IMG/VR virus record: IMGVR_UViG_3300025858_000011
Reading direction: 5' to 3' (one strand)
Length of the DNA: 55,356 nt
Source of the DNA: a virus
Taxonomy: Duplodnaviria; Heunggongvirae; Uroviricota; Caudoviricetes
Part shown: positions 18,799 to 27,600 of the stretch, piece by piece
Numbering within the stretch: position 1 is the stretch's first letter
How the letters are laid out: every line of letters begins with the position of its first letter
Notes under the pieces: model-generated
The model's database searches: none
What the model was told of the DNA's origin: nothing
Seen by the model: only the letters and a program-made list of their open reading frames with translations
Program-made: the position numbers and the translations under genes

Positions 18799-19479
18799 TT
18801 ATTTCCAGCATTTTGAACAATAACTACAACTTTCTTTATGATCAAGTTTCCCAGAATCACACGGGCACGCTTGTGGTATTGACGCTGATTTCTCCCGTTC
18901 GGATTTCTTTTTATCTATATTGAAAAAGATGTCAAAATTAAATCCTAACGTAGTTTTTTCAAGGTAATCATCAGCGATGCCTGTATAAGAAAACTTTATT
19001 TTTGGATTTCCAAAATAACCTGATACCCCTTTATAGTTCCCAATATTTTGATTATCAAAACTTAAACAAATTGTAGTTAAATTTTCAAGTGTTAAAAGTT
19101 TGGCTATGTAAGTTTTAGTTTCTGGTCTTGTTAAGTTTTTTGATATTATAAAGAATTTAAATTCCAAATCAATCAAAAACCAAGCATGCTCAGGAATAAA
19201 ATCTCCAGAACCATATATTCTAACAGGTAACTTTTTTAATCTTTTATATATTTGTGACTTTGACGTTTCCAGTTTTCTATAATCTGCATTTAAAGTACTT
19301 GCAAATTGTTTCCCGTTTTCCTTTGCCCACACACTATTTCTTTTTATTTTATCAAGATATGATGGATAAATTCTTTCCATCGTATTAACATAACAATATG
19401 GGCATCTTTGCCCGCATGTTGATTCTCTGTCAAAATCTAATGAAATAATGGTTTTACTATTTTGGGTAAAGGGGGTCAT
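18799..19479 (-). CDS. GP88-like Fe-S / radical-SAM-like protein
   Basis: CGQRCPYC (CxxxCxxC), RIYGSGDF, C-terminal CPC...CSYCSKCW. Confidence 0.65.
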   Translation of the reverse strand: MTPFTQNSKTIISLDFDRESTCGQRCPYCYVNTMERIYPSYLDKIKRNSVWAKENGKQFASTLNADYRKLETSKSQIYKRLKKLPVRIYGSGDFIPEHAWFLIDLEFKFFIISKNLTRPETKTYIAKLLTLENLTTICLSFDNQNIGNYKGVSGYFGNPKIKFSYTGIADDYLEKTTLGFNFDIFFNIDKKKSEREKSASIPQACPCDSGKLDHKESCSYCSKCWK

Positions 19480-19486
19480 TCCTTTT

Positions 19487-19690
19487 TTATTCGGTTAGGC
19501 GTTCGTCATATTTTTTGTCTACACCTTTGAAATAAGTTTCCTCACTTATAGGAGTTATACTTTTCATTGTGGCATCTCTTATTTTTCTACTAATATCCAT
19601 TGCCCCAATTATATCAGGTGTTTGCACAAATAATATACGCTCTTCACTTCTTTTTTTTCCAGTTTCTAACAAGATTTTAAAATGTTCCAT
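19487..19690 (-). CDS. Small hypothetical protein (67 aa)
   Basis: ATG at 19690 with RBS ggaag, in frame with the ORF-track call 19487..19780. Confidence 0.5.
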   Translation of the reverse strand: MEHFKILLETGKKRSEERILFVQTPDIIGAMDISRKIRDATMKSITPISEETYFKGVDKKYDERLTE

Positions 19691-19710
19691 CTTCCGTAAT
19701 AGTGTCTCCG

Positions 19711-19845
19711 TTATGTTGACGTAGCTAATATGGCCGTTTTTGTTGTCATTGTTTCCTCTTGTACTTTTGCAGTAGCCCAAATAGCTACTACGTTTGCAAC
19801 TGCTGCTAATACAGCAAAAGCAAGTACGCGGCTTAGCTCTTTCAT
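19711..19845 (-). CDS. 44-aa single-TM peptide downstream of the RT (not in the ORF track)
   Basis: MKELSRVLAFAVLAAVANVVAIWATAKVQEETMTTKTAILATST; about 20-residue hydrophobic segment. Confidence 0.5.
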   Translation of the reverse strand: MKELSRVLAFAVLAAVANVVAIWATAKVQEETMTTKTAILATST

Positions 19846-19940
19846 TTTGTAATTATGATTAAATGATTATAGATCATGTATATAATGTATAAGTACACAT
19901 GATTGTCATTGATCTAAAAATCATTCAGATAACAAGTATA

Positions 19941-20837
19941 TCACACTACTTGTAGCCTTCTTATCTGTTGAAGGAAAGTTAATCCTACCTGAGGATTTAG
20001 AATTTTGATCCATTCTGCGTATCCTCGTAGTTTTTGTAAATCTTCTTTAGAAACAGGAATTTCATTTTTTAATAAATTGTACAATTTTGCTCTAAATACC
20101 TTCTTTTTATATTTTGGTATTCCAAGTTTTTTATTTATTACAATACCGGTTACAACCATCCGTTTATTAGAAGTCTTAATAGAGGTCTTCTTGTTATTAA
20201 CTTTAAATCCTTTTTCTACAATAATTTGCATTATTGAATTTATTACTGAATAATCGGGATTACCAAGTCCACTAAACGACAGATCGTCCGCGTATCGTGA
20301 ATAAATTAGATCATGCTCTTCGGCAAGATTATATAGTTGTTCATCTAATTTTTCTGCTACTAAGTTGGCAATTGCCGGACTAGTACATGCTCCCTGCGGA
20401 AGTCTATTTTTATAAGTGCATAATGCAACAAGTAAATCCCTAAATTTTCTGAACTCATTCATATCAATATTTTTTATATTATCTATTTCCGTAGTTCGTA
20501 ATAAAAGATGATGAATAAGTTTAGTCACCCTATCTTTTTTTATTGAAGTAAAGAAATTAGAAAGATCCAGGTTAATTACAAATTTTGCTCCGATGTGCCT
20601 TGCTGCACCCTCGTGCACTCCAAATCCTTTTATAAACCCAGTAGCCATCGGATGCGGACTAAATCTATATAGAAATTTAGTTAATATCTCCAATTGTGCA
20701 TTTTTTAAATCTATGCCGGGAGCATCTATCCATCGTAATTTTCCGGATTTCTTTTCTATTGGGAAGGTTTTGTAATTACCTTTTATATTTTTTGTTAAGT
20801 CACTATAATGTGAGAACTCTTTTATAAAAAAATTCAT
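19941..20837 (-). CDS. Retron-type reverse transcriptase, stand-alone, 298 aa
   Basis: KKSGKLRWIDAP, region X GAARH (NAxxH-like), LDLSNFF, LPQGACTSP, catalytic YADD, region Y VVTGIVIN. Preceded by an msr-msd ncRNA. Confidence 0.93.
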   Translation of the reverse strand: MNFFIKEFSHYSDLTKNIKGNYKTFPIEKKSGKLRWIDAPGIDLKNAQLEILTKFLYRFSPHPMATGFIKGFGVHEGAARHIGAKFVINLDLSNFFTSIKKDRVTKLIHHLLLRTTEIDNIKNIDMNEFRKFRDLLVALCTYKNRLPQGACTSPAIANLVAEKLDEQLYNLAEEHDLIYSRYADDLSFSGLGNPDYSVINSIMQIIVEKGFKVNNKKTSIKTSNKRMVVTGIVINKKLGIPKYKKKVFRAKLYNLLKNEIPVSKEDLQKLRGYAEWIKILNPQVGLTFLQQIRRLQVV

Positions 20838-20858
20838 AAATTACCATGTTTAAAAATA

Positions 20859-21136
20859 AGTAACAGCCATACAAAAGAATGCTGAGGAATCTTCTTACTT
20901 TAATTGTAGACGAACTGGAGACGAGAATGAGCGGAACATGCCAAGCCCGGCAAGAAGGACCGTGAGAAACCTCCCCTGGTTTCTTGCGGGCGTTCGTAGC
21001 CGGGAGGGCATGTGTAGCGAATTTCTCGACGACAGGTCGTCCCAATTCCGAAGCCAATTCTTTTCGAATGTTACTACTACGTTTACTTAATTCCAAGTGC
21101 GAAGCACACTTTAGTTAAATGGCTATGGCTGTTACT
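20859..21136 (-). ncRNA. Retron msr-msd ncRNA 1
   Basis: Perfect 13-bp inverted repeat 20859-20871 / 21124-21136. On the - strand the 5' arm is followed by UA-G-C (branching G 21123) and the 3' arm is preceded by G (20872). Long msd hairpin 20936-21013. Ends 22 nt upstream of the RT ATG. Confidence 0.85.
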
Positions 21137-21143
21137 CATAAAT

Positions 21144-21470
21144 CTAACTTGTTAGTTCCAATGTCAGCTGTTTGGCTTTTTCTTCTACACTACGTTTTTC
21201 TAATTTAAAAAATTTCATACATTTTCTAAATTTTTTATTTAAAAGAGAGTTAAGTTCATCGATATTATCGAAATGATCAGGAAGTATTTTTATTACTCTT
21301 GGACGATCCCTAAATGCGGGATAAAAAACCATTTCCAGATTTTGTAAAAATCCCAAAGAATTATACTTCTGAGTGATTGTAACTCGTTCGATTAGTTTAT
21401 TCTCGATTAAAAACTCAAGTCGTTGTGTCGGATTTGACTTTAACTCCAGAATCTGTATCTGAGGAGTCAT
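21144..21470 (-). CDS. Hypothetical protein immediately upstream of retron ncRNA 1
   Basis: 108 aa; stop is 8 nt from the a2 arm, so likely co-transcribed. Confidence 0.5.
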   Translation of the reverse strand: MTPQIQILELKSNPTQRLEFLIENKLIERVTITQKYNSLGFLQNLEMVFYPAFRDRPRVIKILPDHFDNIDELNSLLNKKFRKCMKFFKLEKRSVEEKAKQLTLELTS

Positions 21471-21591
21471 CGATGCATTCCTTATTTTGTGTCACTTCGG
21501 GAATCATTAGCATCGCTGCTAAATCTACCGTATCGTGAACAATCTTTAAAATTTTGCTTTTTGCTTCTAATGATAATGGCATAAATATTAC

Positions 21592-21620
21592 TTGATTTAA
21601 TGAACTATATTTAGTATATT
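21592..21620 (+). promoter_or_regulatory. Sigma70-like promoter TTGATT-N17-TATATT for the RNAP gene
   Basis: Intergenic, 20 nt upstream of ATG 21640. Confidence 0.65.
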
Positions 21621-21639
21621 AAACTAAAATAGTAAAGGC

Positions 21640-24600
21640 ATGCTGCCTCAGGTTTCTTATACCAAGTTTTTGGAGATTTCCATGGAAAATATTTTCCAAC
21701 CGTCACAACAAAATAAAATTATCAAAGATACAGTTATAAATGCGTTATTCAATTCGTTTCCAATTGAGCATAAGGGACGAAAATTAATTATATCAAACGT
21801 AGTCTCTGATGATGAGTTAAACGATCAAGACTTTCCTTTACAGAGAGAACTAAAAGTCTCTAGGAAAACATGGAGTTATCCAATATTTGGTGACATTGAA
21901 TTAGTAGATGTTGCTACTGGTAGAACCATAAGTAAGGTTAAAAAAGCAAAATTGGCAATGATTCCCAAGGTGACAAATAGATATACTACGATCATCGATG
22001 GAAATGAGTATCAGACCGTAAATCAACTACGTAGAAAATCCGGAGTTTATTCTAGAATAAAGAAAAATGGAGAACTGGAAAGTGAGTTTAACCTGGCAAA
22101 AGGAATAAATTTTAATATGCAGTTAGACCCACAATCCCAAATATTTAGTGTGACTCCTACGGGAAGAAATTATAAATATAATCTATGGTCTATTTTAAAT
22201 TTATTAGGGGTTCCTGAGTCAGAGATGACAAAACAATGGGGACAACGCCTATTAGATATAAATAGAAAAGACTCTCTTAAAACAGAAGTATCCGAGATGA
22301 CTTCTTTTTATAAACTAGTATCTCATAAAGATACCAAAGACTATAATGAGGTCATTAAAGGATTACAGGAGTATTTTGCTGGTACACAACTTGATCCTAA
22401 AATAACAAAAATTACATTAGGTCACGCCTTTGATACTGTAAATGGAGATGCCTTATTAAGTGCATCTGCAAGACTATTAAATATTAATAAAGGAAGTGAA
22501 ACTCCAGACGATCGTGATAGTCTTATTTTTAAAAAGATGTTGTCAGTTGATGATTTATTATTAGAACATTTTGGAAAGACAAAAAAATTATTAGAAACAA
22601 AGATTAAGCGAAATCTTGAAAATAGAGATAATATCAGAGATATTTTACCTACCAACTTTTTTTCAAGACCAATTAGAGAGTTTTTTACCGTAGGAGACCT
22701 ATCATCTACACCCCCGCAAACCAATCCAGTTACAATAGCAACTGACTGGCGAAAAACTACACCGATGGGCGCTGGTGGTATTCAATCCAGTCACGCTATC
22801 ACGATGGAAACTCGTGATGTGCAGCCCACACATTTAGGATTTCTTGATCCTTTATCTACGCCAGAATCATTAAGAGTTGGAGTAAACGTAGGTCTTGCAT
22901 CCGAAACAAGAAAAAGAGGAAACGACATCGTTACTCCTGTGTATAATAAAAAGGGTGAGGTAGTTTGGTTAGATCCATTGGAATTCTATGAATCTATAAT
23001 TGGGTTTCCTGATCAGTTTACAATAGACGGGAAAACAATAACTCCTATCGCTGATATTGTTAATGTAATGAAAGCTGGAAAAACACTACGATATAGTGCA
23101 AATAAAATAGACTACTGGATGCGTTCTCCTAAGTCAATGTTTTCCTACGCAACAAATCTTGTTCCATTTTTACCGAATGTGCAAGGGAATAGAGCATCTA
23201 CGGGGGGAAGAATGATCACACAAGCTCTTCCTATAGATCAAAAAGAAGAGCCATTAGTTCAAACTAAGAGAGATCAAGAATCAACATATGAGTTTTATAT
23301 GGGTTCATATCTATCTCCACAACTTTCTCCAAGTTCTAATGAATCTGTTAGAACAGGAAAAGTAGTTAGAATCACAGATGAGTACATACATGTATTAGTA
23401 GATGGTAAAGAGGAGAAAATAGGACTTTATAAAAATTTTCCATTAAATCAAGATGGATACCTGGATTCCACACCTATTGTTAAAATAGGAGACATTGTAA
23501 AAAGTGGTCAGCCATTGGCTGAGACAAACTACTGTGTTCCAAATGGAACATTGGCCTTAGGTAAAAATTTAACAGTAGGATACTTATCATATAAAGGATA
23601 CAATTTCGAGGATGGTGCAGTAATAACAGAGGGTGCCGCTAAAAAAATGTCGCACACAATGCTTCATCGTGTAAATGATTTTTTCAGTCCCAAGATTGCT
23701 GTTTTCGATTTAAAGAAATTTAAAGCATGGTTCCCCGAAGAAATAACTAACCAGAATGCTAAAAAATTAACTGATTCGGGACTTCCTAAAGTTGGAGAAG
23801 TTTTTAATCCAGGTGAAGCCCTTATAGTATATTTAAATGAAAAAGAAATGGATGATTCTGATAAGGTATTAAAGAAACTTCATAAATTTACATTTAATCA
23901 ATATAATAAAAAACTTATAACCTGGGATGAAGAAGAACCTGGAATTGTAACAGACGTTCGAACAAACGGAAGAAATGTTGACGTATATATTAAATCAACT
24001 CATCCATTTAAAGAGGGCGATAAACTGTCTGGAAGGTATGGTAATAAATACATCGTTACTAAAATTATTCCAGATGCATTGGCACCAACAAGAGCAGATG
24101 GAACTCCAATTGAAGTAATGTTGAATGCACATGGAGTACCATCACGTATGAACGTAGGGCAGTTATTAGAAACTGCCGCTGGAAAATTATCTTTAAAAAG
24201 AAATAAACCTTATATCGTTGATAACTTTGATGATCCTAACGGAGATGTCTCTAAGAAGTTATTAGCAGAACTTACAAAAGCTGGAATTGAGCCTAATGAA
24301 ACCCTTTATGATGGTAAAACTGGAAAAGCCTTTGAAAAACCAATATTTGTTGGTAATCAATATTTTCTAAAATTAAGACACGTTGTAAGTAAAAAGAATA
24401 GTGCTCATAATTATGGAAATTATGATGTTGATCAAGAGCCAGCCGGAAAGGGAGCACAAAGTATTGGGGTATTGGATACTTACGCGTATCTTGCACATGG
24501 TGCCAAGGCAAACCTTCGTGAAATGACTGAGATTAAAGGACGAAAAAATGAAGATTATTGGAGAGATATTTCATTAGGCATTCCTCCAAGTAAGCCTGAG

Positions 24601-27600
24601 AGAAACTTTGTTTTTGATAAATTAACCACGTACTTAAAAGGTATGGGGATTAATGTAGATAAAAATGGAAATGATCTTCGTATATTCCCAATGACCGATA
24701 AGGAACTCTTGAAATTAAGTAATGGTGAAATTGATGATCCTGGTGAGCTTCTAAAGGGAAAAAATCTAACATCACGAAAGGGTGGTTTATTTGATGATGA
24801 AATTACTGGCGGTGTAAAAGGGAAAAATTGGGCACATGTTACATTAGCAACAAGAATTCCTAATCCTACATTTGAGGGTAGTATTAAAAAACTATTAGAT
24901 TTATCAGATAAAAGTTTTCAGGCTATAATGCTTGGATCTGGTCCTGAAGAAATAATCAAAAAGTTGTCTGAAATAAATGTAGATGCAGATATAATAAAAT
25001 ATAGGGCTGCTTTAAAAACAGCACCTAAAACAAATATTAACAAATTGAACTCCAAGATTAAGTATCTTGAAGCATTAAAAGATTTAAAACTATCTCCAGT
25101 TGATGCTTATACAGTGTCGATGATTCCGATAATTCCTCCAATCTTCAGACAAATCTATCCGCTTCCATCAGGAGATCTTGTGGTTGCTGATATTAACAAA
25201 CACTACAAAGATGTTGGAACTATAAATAAAACTTTAAAAGAGGCCATCGGACGAGACGACGTTCCCGACGATAAGATTATTAAGGCCAAAAATGACTTAT
25301 ATAATTCAGTAAAGGCAATGCAGGGATTCATTGATCCACTTACCTATTCTAAAGAAAAATATAAAGGATTCTTGCATGAATTGGGTGATTTAAAGAAAGG
25401 ACTTATACATGGGAAAACATGGTCAAAGCGCCAGGACTTAAGTGCCAGAAGTACAATTACAGTGGAACCAACATTGGGAATTGATGAAGTGGGTGTTCCA
25501 ATTGAATTAGCCTATACAATGTATAAACCATTTATACTTCAAGAGCTAAAAGAAACTGGTATGAAAGCTGCTGATGCGCTGCAGCATTATGAAAACAAAA
25601 CAAAATTAGCTTATAATATGCTATCTTCAGTAGTGTCCAAAAGACCAATATTACTAAATAGAGCTCCATCCTTACATAAGCACGGTGTTCAAGCATTTAA
25701 GACTGTGTTAATGGATGGAAAAACAATTCGATTAAATCCTTTAATTGTGAAAGGTTTCAATGCGGATTTCGACGGGGACTCGTATCTTCAATATTTACCT
25801 ATACTTATAGATTTAAAAGAGTTCAAAAATGGTTTAATTAACAATAATTTCAATGCAGATTTGAATAAATCCTTGACATTGGCAGAATTAGTTAGTATAT
25901 TATATAGTAATAATATTTCAGTAAAAACGGAAATTCCGCCTTATTCTGAAAATATTAATGAGAACCAGGTAGGTATTGAAATGTTTGCAAATATACTAAT
26001 GCAATTAATACAAAATGATGAAGAAAGAACTTTTAAAACCATTCATATTTCACAAATTCCATATTTAGAAAATACTAAAACAACAACTCCTGCCGGAAAC
26101 ATTGAGTATGATGTTCCCAAGGGAATTTATACAATGGCATACGTAGATGGTCAAGTAAAGGCAATGCCAATTGAAAAGTTCAGTGTTCATGAGAATTTAA
26201 ACACTGTTAAAGTAAAAACTTCTTCAAATAGAGAAGTAATTTGTTCGGTGGATCATAGTTTATTTTGTTATAATACAATTACAGGAGAGATGGAAAAAAC
26301 AAAACCAGAAGATTCCGTAGGGCTTTTAACACCTAAACCAAGAAAGTTAAACTTTGACAAAAGATGGGAGGAATCTTCTGATTCAAAGGAAGAAGGGTAT
26401 TTTATAGGATTTATTGTTGGAGACGGATGGACTGACTCAGCTGACACAAAAAATAAAAATAGGGTAAATACAGCAATAACAGATTCGCAATTAAGAGATT
26501 ACTTTAGTAATATCGTAAAAACTTATATTGAAAAAGATGCACATTTAAGTATCGTTAATAATGATCATACTTTTGAGGGCCATGATTGCCATAGTACGAA
26601 AGTTACCTTTTCAAGTATCTACTGGGCAAATTATCTACGGGATAATATTGGAAAAGGTGCGGCACAAAAACATCTCCCTGAAAATTGGCTGTTTAAATCA
26701 ACTGATTTTAAACTGGGATTACTTAGTGGATTAATTGATACTGATGGTACCATTACAAAAGTAAAAGCTAAAGCAAAAAATATTGCACAATATCAGGCTA
26801 GTTTTACAACCGTAAGTGACCAATTAAAATATGATATCCAACTTTTATGTGCGGATTTAGGAGTAAGAACTTCTGTAACTACCTACGAACGTAATGGCCA
26901 TAATGTCTATTCAATAAGTATCTCTATGATTGATTTAATAAAAATTAAAGATGGACTAACAATAAATCATTCAACTAAAAAAGAAAATTTATCAGAAGCT
27001 ATCACCATAAAAGATGATACCGACCTCGTACCAGTAAAACAATCAACTGCACAATTATTACAAAATTATGCTTTTAAAAATAATAAATCTGATTACGCGG
27101 TAGCTAGCAAAGCAAAGAAAACCGGAACGATGACCCGTGAAATTGCAAAAAGATTATACACATATCTTCCAGAAGAAATTAAAAAATTGGAAGAAATAAT
27201 AAATTTTGCAGTTATAATAAATAACGAACAAATCTTCTGGGAGAAAATAAAAGAAGTAACTCCTGAAGTAACTGATAATACAGCCACTGCTTGGGATATA
27301 ACAGTTCCCGGATCTTACACGTTTATGACTGCAAATGGTCTCATTGTGTATGATACGATGTCCCTAATGACGCCCGTAGGGAAAGAGGCCATTGAAGAAT
27401 CACGACATATGATGCCAAGTCAAATTTTATTTAAGCATGGCGATAATGCATTAGTTCCCGGATTACAAGCAGAGTATTCTTTTGGACTTTATATGTTGAG
27501 TAAAATAGATAAAGTAACAGATAAGAAGTTTGATTCTATTGAAGAAGCTAAACAATCAGGGTTACCATGGACTTGGCAATTTACTATGGATGGTAAAAAA

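Noticed and set aside
19941-20837. RT as group II intron, DGR or CRISPR-associated
   Set aside because: Too short, no maturase/endonuclease or Cas1 domain, no TR/VR repeat pair seen, and it has retron X/Y motifs plus an a1/a2 ncRNA.
20803-21096. 97-aa ORF on the - strand
   Set aside because: Lies within retron ncRNA 1 and overlaps the RT start out of frame.
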